From: Takakia lepidozioides
Taxonomy: Eukaryota; Plantae; Bryophyta
Assembly: GCA_030704615.1 (NCBI GenBank)
Contig: CM060732.1
Coordinates: 61,628,001 to 61,692,000 of the forward strand
Direction of reading: 5' to 3'
Length of the DNA stretch: 64,000 nucleotides
Position numbers and translations under genes: made by a program. Shown here piece by piece: positions 37,501 to 50,804 of this stretch. Each line of letters opens with the position of its first letter. The stretch's first letter is position 1. Below the pieces are notes generated by a model. The model was not told where the DNA came from. It saw only the letters and a list, made by a program, of their open reading frames with translations, and did no database searches.

Positions 37501-39699
37501 AAGAATGGTCATGCTAGGTCGTGGAGAATTGGTAGAACATACTATCCGTATGAGCGTAAACGTTATGGATTTGAGGGGCTTCGCATTTTATCAATAGTAT
37601 CGGTGTGAGTATTATTGTAAATTGTGTGCATAATTAATTGCAATAGATCTATATGCCGAGGGAAATGCGAGATATGATATTTGTTTTAGATGTGTGGTGG
37701 AGAGAGAGAACCAATGGAGCCACTATCAATGAGCATCTGTCTCTCACTGGAATGCTTTTTAACTTTGTAGCATACTGAGTAGTGGAGATGGGTGATATAG
37801 TAATGTGGCCTAAAGTAAAAATCAAGGTTAATTTCAGATTGTAGTAAGCACATTTTTTGAGTTGTACTTGTTTGAATTTGATAGAGAACAGAGATGAAAG
37901 ATGAAATGATTCACTAAGACCTCTCTACCCAACCATAGGAACATAATAAGCTCTTATTCCCCCTCCAAGCTCTTCGTATTTATACTCAAGATCTATTCCA
38001 AAATTAGCTTTAAATTAACTACATGCTCAACTTAAGTTTATTCTTCAGATCGCAATGGTGAGATTGTTAACCTGGATCAATTAGTAATATTTGCATCACA
38101 ATGCTTCCACTGTGCATACCCAGTTAAATTACTGCGTAGTCTGAAAGTAGACTGAGGTTATATAAAGATGGGAGAGATTGTGCTCCTAGGTGCAAACACC
38201 CCAACAACTGAGTTATGAAATTGACAATGTTTGCAATGGACAAAGCAGAAGTATACCTTCAAAAGATCAATCTCTGACTGTGTTTTCCACACCCACACAA
38301 CCCACATAACCAGATGTTAGATCTACCGCTGGATGGGTTAGTAACATCTGGACACAGGCCGACATCTGAGTCTTGTCCCTGGTACAATATGGGTCACAAG
38401 AAGCTAGTTGCAAGGCCAGTTGATTGCATATAAGTGACCCTCGCCAATAGAACACTTGCGGTGGACATAGAGGAGAACAGATTAGCTTCCCCGCCTTCTC
38501 CTTTGTCCTTCTTCTCAAGGTATTACTTGTCCATCATCTAGTTGCTACCTCCTCTTCTCATTCCCATCACACACAAAAGAATAAGTATTAAGGGCTGGAA
38601 GAGCCGGGAGGAGGTACGAACCATAATACCCGCAAGATCCACCGAGAGAATGTTCTCCAGGGATACCTGCTTGACCGCCATGACGTTCCAATTTTCAAAG
38701 TCCAAACATTCACATGCCCATGGGCACCCCTTCCTATCTCATCCCCAAACATGCATCCACAATGATCAAAATACTGAACCCAAATAGTAAAGGAGTGTAA
38801 ATCATCTCCGCAATTAAAGCTGGTTGCCCTTTCAGAGCTGTGAGCTTCCTGTCATACATATCCCCATGCATTTGCCCACCCTACTATCTGTTACGAATGT
38901 GAAGGTCAAGTGTTTGTGGCCTTCAGAACCAACTGTCATTAAGTGAAAGTGGGGGGATTGAAGGAGGCTAAGGCCCTATGACTTTCTTCTTCTCTACTAC
39001 TCTTCTCTTCCATGTACTTCTGTTTCTGCTATGCCTGATTGAAGCAAAGGTAGCAAAAGACAAGACAGACTAGTGTTTTCAGAATGCACATTTGCAAACA
39101 GCTATGTGTAACGAACCCTGATTGGTGACCTAGGTTTGTTGTGATATCTGGAAACTAGCACAAACTAACAATATGAACCTACGTGCCAGAGCTTCAGCTT
39201 TTGTTATGGGATTCAACTTACAGTGGCCTTGTTCGGATCCCATGAAAAGTAGCAGGTAAAGAAAGGTGGCTCATTTGCTTCCATTACTTTGAAGAAGGGT
39301 CCTCTGGTCTGTAATCAGCATCAACTTCCTTACCATCCATGCTTGCGTAACCTTCGTCTGCATCAATTCTCAATAGCAAATACAGGTCAGTTCAATTTCT
39401 CAACTCGTGCCCATCGCCTTCAAATGATCAACTTCTTAGCTGAATGGAAAGCTCATATGGAAGGAACAAAATTGATATCCTACAGGCCTCTTAGAAGGAC
39501 TAAAAAGGAGTAGGGGATGAGAGGAGACCACAATGAGCTGATTACTACTGCGGAAGGCTCACTCCCTAGCCAGACTTTCTGTGATGATGTCTGTTCTGGC
39601 CTTCTGAATTTGCTTCCAGAAGGTTCTTACAATGTCATTCTGTGTGGAAATATTTCATAGACAGAAGAAACAAGAAAAGTAAATTTACTGCATCCACAG

Positions 39700-41519
39700 G
39701 AGGCACGGGCCTATATGGACAAGTACAAGAGAAATTCAAAGGACGTGTCAACAAGAGACAGAAATAGAGCAGTACTGAATGCAAACCATAAGAAGATTTC
39801 CACACAGGAGATGCTCAAACAGGTGATATACCTGGAACGGCACCAGCCAATCGGTCTCTTTGCTGTCCTTCTTCTCCAAAACCTCCTGTGCACGAAGTTC
39901 CATAGATTCTCGCATCAACCGCCGCAAGAAAGCTACATCATCTGACCTAGCACTCAGGCCTTGTAGCAGTACTGCCCCCAGTTGCAGACATGTCTGTAAG
40001 CGAGAAACCAACAATATGAGGATAAAAAACCACTAGAGTGATCAATCGATTGGAAAATTTGATAAGAACTACCTTCCAGTGATCAGATCCTTGGATCCCA
40101 CACTCAACCAGCAACAATGAAGACAAGAAACGTGTACCAGGATTGCAAGTTTTCACACTCGTTAACATGCACTCAAGACTTACCTCTGCAGCTCTCAAGT
40201 ATAACGTCAGTGGTCCCAGCCTGTTTTTTAACTCCAGTAAATGCCCCAAGTCTTGAGCTCTTGCATAATTTGGTATCTGTACAACCCCCATCCATCTGGA
40301 CCTCTATCCCTGGTCCTTCAGCTATCCCTGCCTGTGTACAAATCATGAATACTTGCTGCTAGCAGCTGACACTGACGGCGTGAAGTTCTTCCAGCAAACA
40401 CCCCAACCCTACTTATTACAGTAGTTCCAATTCTTTCTCTCTGTAGTCCAACAGGCATTCACATTTTTAATGTCTCCATTGTCCCACCATCGATTGGGGT
40501 CGGAAAAGTGTTCATTCCAAAGCTTCTCCTCATCTCTGTTATCTGTTTTTGGATACTTTCCTGCTGCCACATCGGCGGTAACTTGTCAAAGTCACTCCAA
40601 ACCACCACAGATCCACCCAACGAGCTAACTTACAGAATTCAATATGCATCTCAGGGCCGAGTCTGATGAGACGGAAAAACAGGCTGAAATAGGTCGAAGA
40701 AGAAGGTGCCCTCACCACATTGTCCTTGACCTTGTGTTATGACCCATGGAGGATTTGACCGCCCATCAGCCCAAAAGGACCTCTTGTGTGTGCTTTGATG
40801 ATGTGAGCATGGGCCTCTTCGCCCTTTTCCAGGGCCCCTAGCCTACCACACGTATTGAGCACACAAGTAAACGTGACCCTGCCTTCCAGTATCATTTTCT
40901 CATAGATCTCCAGAGCCTCCCTACCATACCCATGCTGAGCATAACCCGTGATCATGGCGTTCCAAGAGACCACATCTTGTTGAGTCATATTGTCAAACAC
41001 TTTGCGCAACATACATGACAGCATGGGTTGTCTCTAGAATGATATCTGACCCAATTCCAGCTTTGATGATGTTGGCATATTGTACCTCTGTGCCATTTAC
41101 AAGAGCTTGGAGGCTCCCACACGCACGAAGAACGCAGACGAATGTCACCTTGTTTGGGGTGAGCTCTTGGTGTGCCCAATTACCTACTTGGTTCCCAATG
41201 TGCAGCGCCTCTTCAGTCATCTTTCATTACAGAGTGCTCTGATCACATCCTCACAGGCACTCGAAGGGTTCCTATCAACTAGCTCTCCTGGTCTTCTTTC
41301 AACAGCAGTAGTGATGGTGGAGGTGCTACCGCGCGTCTTCAGCTCCATTGGTTTTTTCGGGTAGGACGGGCAGGGTCCAAAACAATTGACGTTGATGACG
41401 TGGCTACGAAACGTGGCGATGATGACCTGGCTATGATGATGTGGTGACGATGATGTGGCACTATGGCACCCTATTCCTGCTCTAAGCTAAACTAGCTTCC
41501 GACCTTCTGTCGTCGCTAG
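39700..41519 (-). mobile_element. Helentron-like unit 5 (5' end at 41519; 3' end not found, left boundary approximate)
   Basis: 5' hairpin and head sequence as in units 2 and 3; PPR fragment 40737-41220; module 40380-40730 homologous to 12760-12960 and 18525-18920. Confidence 0.6.
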
Positions 41520-41555
41520 AACTAGGGCTTCGCGTTGCTTCGCACTACTAGTGAT
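41492..41555 (-). repeat. Head-to-tail junction 3 (inverted orientation)
   Basis: Reverse complement reads ..ctagtagtGCGAAGCaacGCGAAGCcctag tt ctagcgacgacagaaggtcggaagctag. Confidence 0.85.
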
Positions 41556-44500
41556 GAATTCTGAGAACTACGTTCAATTTTTCACAAAAAAGGGGTGGGT
41601 CATCCCCACGGTGTTACATGCAGAGATCCCGTGCTTTTTTTTTTTTTTGGAAGAAAAATGGTGGATCTGCATTTCAATGATCAATTTTCACAAGCCGCAT
41701 CAACCAATAACAAATACCCTTACATTCACTATATGAACTTTCAAGCATCCACCATGGATTGGATCTTGGTGGATTAACTTGGCTAGCTTTTGACAATATT
41801 CATGCAAGTTCGTCAAGGGCTCCATCCCAAGCTCATTAAAATTTGTATTCACTTCCGTCTTCAAGCTTTGGAGAAGCTCCACCACCCAAACCCAGAATTA
41901 GGACAACACTCTGATTTCCATCCACTGTCGCCAAAATCAGTCAAAAATCACCCCTTCAGTCAAGTGCAATTGTGGGCTGACTTCCCACCTATGCTGGGTA
42001 GACCCCACTATCAGGAAAAGGTGGATGGTCTGAGTAGCTACACAGATCAATGAATGAAGCAAGACACTTGCATCTTTCCAAGTAACATCATTTCACCAGT
42101 AATCACCACAAGAACAAATCCCATCTTCAAAGTAGTGGAAAGTAGTTAGCGTCCCATATAACAATTGCTCGGCCAACAATCTTTGAGATGAATTTGGTGG
42201 AGGTGTGGCAGTCTCCACACACTCGAAGATTCTTGATGAGTCGTGCTGATCAGCCCAAAACCAATGGCCAGATTCTCACTGTGGTGGCAAAGAGAATATT
42301 CCTTTCCTCCACATCATGCAATAAAAAGCGTGTGTTAGGCACATACCCCGCCTCCTTCATCTGCCCAGACAATCTTCTCAGTTCAGCATGGATTTCCTTA
42401 ATTCTGGGATGCAACTTGTCATTTGGCTCCTTTCTAACCCCTCTGACCTTCATCATTCTTCTCACCTTTTGCAGTATCATCCCACCTACCAGCTGCAGCA
42501 TAGATGTTTGATATAGCAACACATAAGTCGCGGCATCTTGTTCATCCCACTTGAGGATAGATGTTGCCACACATTCAGCCATCTCCACATTGCCATGGAT
42601 TCTGCAGGCACCAAGCAAGTCCTTCCACACCACAACATCTAGATTGATTGGCATTTTATTAATTAGGTCCACTGCCTCACGTAGTTGTCCCGCACGTCCA
42701 CAAGGTCCACCATGCAACCAAAGTGCTTTATTGGCGGGGTGGCACCATGATCTTGACTCAGGGAATCGAAGTAGCGTCTTCCTTCATTCAGTAGGCCAAT
42801 GTGGCTGCATGCAGAGAGAACACATATAAAGGTGATATTGTCCGGCTTCAAGCCGTTCTTTTGCATTCCTTCAAGTAGTTGTAGGACCTCCCTATGACAA
42901 CCATGTTGGACATATCCTGCGATCATCGCATTCCACGACACCACATTTCATTCAGCCACATTGTCAAATACTCCCTTTGCATCCTCAATGCACCCACATT
43001 TCGCATACAGGTCCACCAGGGCAGTGTCCAGAATGACATTTGGTACAATTCTAGCTTTGATGATGTCACCATGCACCCTTTGCCCTTTTCCAGGGCTGCC
43101 AGGCTTGCAAGCATTGCAAACACACACAAACGCGATGTGGTTGCACTTCACCCCTTCCCCCATCATATGCTCATAGGTCTCCAAGGCCTCCATCCCGCGC
43201 CCCTGTTGTGCATATCCTGCAAGCATGGCGTTCCATGACATCAAATCTCGTTCAGCCATACTGTTGAACACTCCCTCCGCATCCTCAATGCTCCCACATT
43301 TGGCATACATGTCCATGAGGGTATTATTCAAAATCACATCTGGTACAATTGCAGCTTTGGCGATGCAACCATGCACCTCTTTGCCCTTTTCCAGGGCTGC
43401 CAGGCTTGCACACGCACTGCAAACGCACACAAATGTGATGTGGTTGGGCTTCACCCCCCATCATTTGCTCATAGGTCTCCAAAGCCTCCATCCCACGCCC
43501 CTGCTGTGCATACCCCTGCAAGCATCACGTTCCACGACACCACATCTCGTTCAGCCATAGTGTTGAAATTAACTCCCTTTGCATCCTTAATGCACCCACA
43601 TTTGGCATACATGTCCACTAGGGCAGTGTTCAGGATGACATCTGGTACAATTCCAGCTTTGACGATGTCACCATGGACCTCTTTCCCCTTTTCCAGAGCT
43701 ACCAGGCTTGCACACGCATTGCAAACACAAACAAACGTGATGTGGTTGGTTTTCACCCCTTCGCACATCATTTGCTCATAGGTCTCCAAAGCCTCCATCC
43801 TGCACCCTTGTTGTGCATATCTTGCAATCATCACACTCCACGACATCACATCACGTTCAGCCATATTGTCAAACACTCCATTTGCATCCTCGATGCACCC
43901 ACATTTGACATACATGTCTACCAAGGCAATGTTCAGAATGACATCGGGTACAATTCCAGATTTGATAATGTCACCATGGACCTATTTGCACTTTTCCAGG
44001 GCTGTCAGGCTTGCACACGTATTGCAAATGCAAACAAATGTCATGTGGTTGGGCTTCACCCCCTTCGCACATCATTTGGTCATAGGTCTCCAAAGCCTCC
44101 ATCCCGCGCCCTTGCTGTGCATATCCTGCAATCATCGCACTCCACGACACCACATCTCGTTCAGCCATACTGTCGAATACTCCCTTCATACATGTCCACA
44201 AGGGTATTGTTCAGAATGACATTTGGTACAACTGCAGCTCTGACCATGTCGCCATGGACCTCTTTGCCCTTTTCCAGAGCTGCCAGGCTTGCACACGCAT
44301 TGCAAATGCACAGAAACATGATGTGGTCGGGTTTCACCCCTTCCCCCATCATGTGATCATAGGTCTCCAAAGCCTCCATACCACGTCCATGATGCTCCGC
44401 CGCTTAACATACATGTTGACAAGGGTGTTGAGTAGAAAAACATTTGGCGTGAATCCACTTTGGATAATGAAACTGTGCACATGCTTTCCAGCTTCAAAGC

Positions 44501-44793
44501 CTTTCATCTTGATGCACTTATGCAAGAGACAGACATACTCGAATCTGCTGAAAATGCCTCCTTGGTTTAAAGCCGTAAGCCTCTTTAGTCTGTCTGCCTC
44601 ACAAAGCATCTTCACATGCCCAGAAGTGCCAGAAGAGGCATGTGGACTCCCTCTCTTGATCCTTTCCAGAAGCTGTGAGTCATGGTTGAGGTGCCTGATT
44701 TGACCATCTACGCATGCAGGTTTCTTGTAGATAGTGATCCACAGGAATCATGCGTAATCTTGTGATTCAAATCTGGCCCTCCAAACCACCACA
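41521..44793 (-). mobile_element. Helentron-like unit 4 (3' end intact, 5' part truncated at the MULE)
   Basis: Subterminal block 41550-41640 is homologous to 17600-17680; cargo parallels unit 3 at about 18960-21520. Confidence 0.7.
42093..44660 (-). pseudogene. Near full-length PLS-E1-E2-DYW RNA editing factor pseudogene
   Basis: N-terminus (HVKMLCEA..), about 5 PLS triplets, E domain, [34 protein letters not shown], ending [12 protein letters not shown] at 42093; multiple frameshifts. Confidence 0.9.
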
Positions 44794-44799
44794 AATACA

Positions 44800-44960
44800 A
44801 CGACGCAATGGCGTGAGCGCGCGAGCGTACGCTCACGCCAGCTGACGTGGCGTGAGCCTGCACACACGCTGACGTGGCGTGAGCGTCATGTCAGCATGCT
44901 GATGTGGCGGTAAATGATGACGTGGCACTGTCCGTCATCTGCCACGTCAGCATTAACATG
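44800..44960. repeat. GC-rich palindromic terminus with TGACGTGGC repeats, probable MULE end
   Basis: tggcgtgagcg...cgctcacgcca 11-bp inverted repeat and several direct/inverted (C)TGACGTGGC motifs. Confidence 0.55.
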
Positions 44961-45389
44961 CGCCGCCTATAACCGTGGATGGTCCTATGACCGTGGAATT
45001 AATGCAGGGAATCTTGCCTAAATAGAATCAAGACGAGCGTTGAGGCCTACAATTGCAGCATCCAACATTGTGCAATTACAAATGCTTGTTTCACTTTTAC
45101 AATTACGAGGACGACAAAATATCCTCACAAAGTGTGCGCCATAAAGGCTGCCACGGGAAGACCTTCCTCCCTCCTCAAATAACAATGAGAGTTAGGATCA
45201 TCTTCAAAAGATGATTGTAGTGCATAGCGACAGCAAGACATGTAGACTTCGAACGGTGCAATGACAAATGTGCACTACCTAAAAGTTGTCACTCAGAGCT
45301 CACTCCGTATAGTTGGAGGCCATATCATTGCACCGCCGACGAATTGATGTGAATTACACATTTCAAATCATGGTCATCCACATACCACA

Positions 45390-48300
45390 TTACATAGTTG
45401 ATGCTACCCATGTGTTGTATCCCGCTGCAAAAGAGTATCGACCGTTGAAACTCATAGTGGCCTGGTGAATGAAGTTGTCACGTTTGGGATCGCAAACCAT
45501 CCTCTTCAAAAATATGAAATACAAATGTTTGCAGGGTATGAATTTACCTCTCTTGCCCAAACTGGTTGATAGCATATTCACAAAATCAGGACATGTGCAA
45601 TTGGGGAAATTGGAAACCGTGATGTCGTAGGTCCTGTCATGAACAGCAGATGTGGAAGTGATGATTGTGAATACCCGACCATATCCTGGATCGGGTACTT
45701 CCGTGGTGCTTCCAACACGAGCTTGGAGCATTCTTGCGGACTCCACTTTGCCAAAGTGTTCAGCGGTTGGAGGGAAACGCCGAACGAGCTTTCCATCTCG
45801 TTTGGTTGGCCACAAGTCAGGATTTGCCGGGGGACCGGGAGGACGCAGAAGTAGTAGCACATGCATGGAGTTGGGGTTGTCTCGCAAGGGAAAAACCTGC
45901 CTCCTCCAGCATTTCAATCTCCTGAAAGCTGAGATGTGTTCCCACCTTCACGGGCCAAACGGTTGGAGGAGATGGCTTCATCACTACGGAAGGCACAGTT
46001 CCATGCACACATCTGGCACAATCATCTGCGCAGAACCAGAACTTGTGGTTCTTGGCTTCTGGTTGACCGTATGGACGCATCAAGCCCGTGAAAGTCGGAG
46101 CAGGAGTTCGGGCACCACCTCTGGATATAGATGAAGTGCACTTCTCGAAATTAGTTGCCCTGATCGCTGTACATTTCACACGAGACCCTACACTTGTGCG
46201 TTCTATGTGCCAAACGTGGTCGGGGCATGCGGACTCAAGCACATCAAGGGGGTTGTTTCTCTCCTGCACCATTTCAGTGGCACTGTTTGATGCTGGAGCT
46301 TGCCGTCGTGTTGGAGGTTCCTCCACAATGGAGGTTCCGGACATGGAGCTGTCATGCAGGGGAACGAGGCTTCGAGAAGTTATCACGGTCTGCCCTGTGG
46401 GAATCTGAATCCGAACCAGGTGGAGTGTTCAATTTCCTCTTACAGGAGCCGAATCTCTCCTCCCCTTCAAGATGTGGAACTCTAGAAACAAGTGGCGTTC
46501 CCTGGGCATACATGCTCACCGCCCGTGCTATCTTGATTGGATCCCCAGATCTGTTTGCAGCACGCAACATCAACTCCATTTGTCCGGACCCTTGCCACCA
46601 ACCCACCTCGTAAGAAATCACGGTATCGGGTTTGTTGTTGCAAGGCACGTATCAAATCATCTGTTGTTGCCACATACAAATCCGACCTCGTTTCCCAGAC
46701 TGCTGCAACCATGCGTTGTGCACAGTTTCTGCCAAATTGCAAGATGGCATGTCCGCCATTTCCTCAATGGACATGTTCTGCAAAGTGAGAACCACACTTC
46801 AAAACAGTGAACAAAAAACAACATAAAGAAAGTGAGGACACAATAAAATGGAAAGCAAATGTATGAATAAAGCAATAAATATAAGCCTCGTACCAATGGC
46901 ATGGCTGCTCCCCACTGTCTATACCGGAAGTGCCAAAACGCCAGCCAATCTTCCAATGCTCTCATACTCTCAAGTGATGCAGCTCCAGAAGAGAACCACC
47001 AGGCACGAATTGTCTGGAACAAAGTGTCCGCCTCCTTCATTGTTCTAGCATCTTTGTACTCTTTGCACAATTTACGGTGCTGAGTCTGCATCTCTGGTTT
47101 GATGTCCGACTTTGTATGTTTTTCCAGAGATTGTGTCCAATGGAATAGACATGTACGCTCTCTTCCTGGCATAGGCACTTTTGGGTCGCCCGATCCGAAG
47201 ACAATACGAACAGCATTGAAATTTGCTTGAGCACTATCCGCCATGAAACCTGCGAAATTTGGCAGCCCATGGCAGCCCATGACACGTATCAGGGAATTCC
47301 ACATGAGCTTCTGGGATTCCGTATCCTCGGATTGCATGTCACAAACTGCAATTGTCATAACTCGTTGGTACACTGGATCGTAGACATGACAAGCCATTGT
47401 CGTCCAATCCTTCACTCGTTTCACATGATCAAACATAAGAAAACAGTTCTGCAAGTCCCCAGTCTTCTGCATCCGCTTCACGAGGCTAACCCCACTGCCC
47501 TCCCCAACAGTCGACATTTTGAAAAGAAAAACTTTGATGGCACCTTGACCTGGGAATACATTGTCCTGGATGTAATCGTACTTGCTCACTCGTTTCAATT
47601 CCAAAATGTTGTCTATGTAGCCTCTGATCCCAGAGCCCATTCTCAATGCATTGATCTGATGCCGAATGTTAGGTGAACTTAAAGTGGAGAAATGATCCAT
47701 GACCAGGTCCAATGCTGCACCGTCAAGTTTAGTCCCCACAGAATCCCCTTCACTCAAAATATGGCTTTCCAAGAAGGACTTGCTTGCGCCAAGAGCAATT
47801 GCAGATGTTGTTGCGGATGGGTTTCTCCCGAACTCCTGTTTAATCAACCTCGATACTGTCTCAACACTCTCCCTGTAATCCCCTTCGAGACAGGATGGTT
47901 ATGGAATCCGAAATGCACACAAGCTCTGTCATTGTTTTCAAACGGTGGACCATAGTACATTCTTGCTCCGCAGAGCGCCAAGCAGGATGGCACAAGTTTG
48001 CAGAATTTGCAGACGAAAGTGTTTGCCGGTGGAGGGGCAGTCCCAGGCTGAAATGGATTTTCCGCCAGACCCTCCCATTCGCTTTGATTATGAACCCCAG
48101 ACTGAAGAAAGTGTCTGCAATTCAAATTATCACACCTAAGGTGTCCATTGCAAACTGTCCTCCTGAAAACAAGCTTGTCATCATTCTGAATATTGGATGT
48201 TTTTGTTCTGCACCACGGGTGCCCGTCGTGTTTCTTGTCCATTCCATGCATCATGATTGTTACACCTCCAACTCGCGGAGGAGGAGGCAGCTCGAATAGG

Positions 48301-48991
48301 ATATCGCCATCAAAAGTCTCCGGCAAGAACTTCACAGGCACCTGCTTCAAAGATTCCCAATCAATTCCCCGCAACTCACTTTTGAATCCAGCCATTCCTC
48401 CCATCGCCCGCAATTTTGGAATGACACTACAAATCTCTTCTTCATCAGCTTCTCCAACCACAGTAGGAAGGACTGGATTTGGAATTTCACTTATGTCATC
48501 ATCGGAGAATCCGAAAGCTCAACGATTGGAGTGGAGGACGTCTGTTTTTTTTTTCACCACCACCTCCCTTGTCTTCAACGACCGAAGCAGCAGTCCCGGG
48601 CGTCACATATGACCCAAGGGACTTTCGCCGAGGCTCTCCAAGTACTCTGTATCGACCAGGACGCACTCTCCACTGGCTGATATGAGCCGTCTCATCACGG
48701 TTTTGGAAAGATATTTCAACAACTTCCCTTTAAGATCGTAAACCTCTTTCTCCAAAAAGAAACGGGTAGCCAAGACATGTTCTAGAACAATTGCAAATCC
48801 ATTGTCAAGGACTTCCTGGAGAACGGCACTGGTTTGTCGTCAGAGAAGAACTCCGCTTCAGAGGAAGCCATCTTCCTTCCTCGCGTACGTTTGTACCTTG
48901 CTATCGCAGATCTAGTGTAAATCGGTTTACTGATGTCTCCAGAACACAGTTGAAGAATGAGCAGAGAATATGGCGGAGGAAGCTCAGACAA
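45390..48991 (-). mobile_element. Mutator-like (MULE) transposase gene, frameshifted: GCM/WRKY-like Zn domain, DDE core, Cys-rich Zn finger, SWIM
   Basis: W.RTKTSN..CNGHLRC...C..CKFC..HFGFHNHP (47844-48461); FDHVKRV, FMADSAQA, CLFHWTQS (MULE D..D..CxxH); CTCPDF..PCKHLYF (SWIM); GT-AG intron 46778-46893. Confidence 0.8.
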
Positions 48992-49496
48992 CGACTGTGC
49001 TGTTATTCTTTCCAGATATGCAGCCGTCCATTTTAATTACTTTTCTTGTGGGCCCAGTGGTCAGAGTATCCTAGGAGCAGTGTCGGCAGCTGTTAAACCG
49101 TTAATCAGAACCTCATCAATAAACCCAATAACAAAGCCGACTTCCTGGAAGCATGCCACAGGATCTGAGGATGGGATTGCAGATTAAGTAAATGTATCTA
49201 TACTACTACCAATGATCATGCGCACTGGAAAGTTCCAAATGTGAAACGAATGTGGGGTTTGGCTAACAAGGATGACCGTGTATGATATTCCAAAATTTGT
49301 CATCAAACTCTCGTTCATTTACATTTATTTGTGTAAGACTGTGCGCCAATTTGGGATTCGCTGTTATTTTAAATATTGAAACGTTCCAATAAAAAACACG
49401 CCGTTTATTTTGGGCGACACACGTCAGACATCCATAACTGAATCGAACAGCTGTACACCAATTGCTGGCATGTGCACTAATAAGGGAACGACTATG

Positions 49497-49927
49497 TGTA
49501 ACGGTCACGCGAGAGGGAATCCGATGCTTCTAGAGACAAGCAACACGGCAATCCCGCAAGAAATCGGGAGTCACTGCGTTTTTCTACTTTTCGCGCTTAG
49601 AGGAGAGTGGTAGTCAAGCTGGAGAGGGTTCCTTCTACAATACGAAAGAAAAGAAAGTCTCTTTATTTTACTTCCCTTAGAGAGAGACGCAGAGCAAGAG
49701 AGCAAATGACGAGGCGTCGTTTGTTGGAGAACACAGGCCAAGGCAGCAGGTGAACGCAGAGACTGATTCACAAGAGCAGACGGAGACTGAGGCAGCGGCT
49801 GTGACACAGTCGGCGATAGAGTGCGCCAGCCTGTGGATGCAGAGATGATTCGCAGGGACACTGAAGGAGGTGGAAGCACGCGGAACGCCGAACCGGGAGA
49901 AGGTTAGAGCAGACAGAAATTTTTAGC
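49497..49927. repeat. Unrelated LTR-like segment abutting the clipped 5' LTR of copy B
   Basis: Starts TGTAACGG, non-coding, purine-rich, AATAAA on the minus strand near 49665; replaces the first 14 nt of the B LTR. Confidence 0.35.
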
Positions 49928-50804
49928 AGGGGACTTAGACACTTATACGGGATCTGTAGGGTACCCTTAATTTTTGCACAGACTGAGACCAACAGGAGCC
50001 TTAGGGGTGACAGCAGCGCACTGTAGAGGGGGGTTACTTCACAGTCGTCACAGCCGTCACACACAGCCACACAGCCAACACAGCCCGTCACAGTCGTCAC
50101 AGTACACAGCCCGTCACGTTCACAGTTCACAGCCAGTCACAGCCCGTCACAGTTTCACACAGCCAGTCACAGCTTGACACAGCTGTCACGATCATAGGGA
50201 ACGAAGAGTAGGACAGGGAACGACTGTGGGGAACAACACCTGCGAAGGGAACATGTTAGTTCACAGACGACGGTTAGAGAGGGAAACGGTTAGAACCGCG
50301 GATAGGAAGATAAAGGGAGAAACGGGAATGAGGATCATTATTCGGAGGAGGACTTCTTAGTCAGGCGGAGCGGAGATCGGAGAGATGGAGAGCACGGTGA
50401 AGGAGGAAAGAGGATTAGTAGATGCTTGTTATATGCAAAGCTGTAGTGATATTGTAGAGCAGATTAGAGACACAATGGCTTCGGCCTGATACCTGATAAA
50501 TCATAATCTGATACTTATACGATACAATCACACTGTGTAGAGAGATCTGAGTGAAGCTGTGGATGAATGGATGAGTGAAGGAAACCGATAGATTGATGAA
50601 GCAAACTGATACTTAATTATCAATGGTAAGGTAGCTAAGATGAATGCGGAAAGGGAAACAAATAGGAAACACCCCCATGATACACTAGCTGTAGGTCATG
50701 ACTGATTTTCTGCGCGGGCTGAGTACTTAGAGATTTCCAACTCTTCTATCTTGGAGTTTCCGCCTCGGATAGCGAAGGGATGGGTGAGTAAAAGCCGCGC
50801 GACA
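49928..50804 (+). repeat. 5' LTR of copy B (first 14 nt missing)
   Basis: Matches the 3' LTR from aggggacttagacac to gccgcgcgaca. Confidence 0.92.

Noticed and set aside
35750-38800. Possible degraded LINE or other gene fragments on the minus strand
   Set aside because: Only short broken frames with no recognisable motif; a call cannot be supported.
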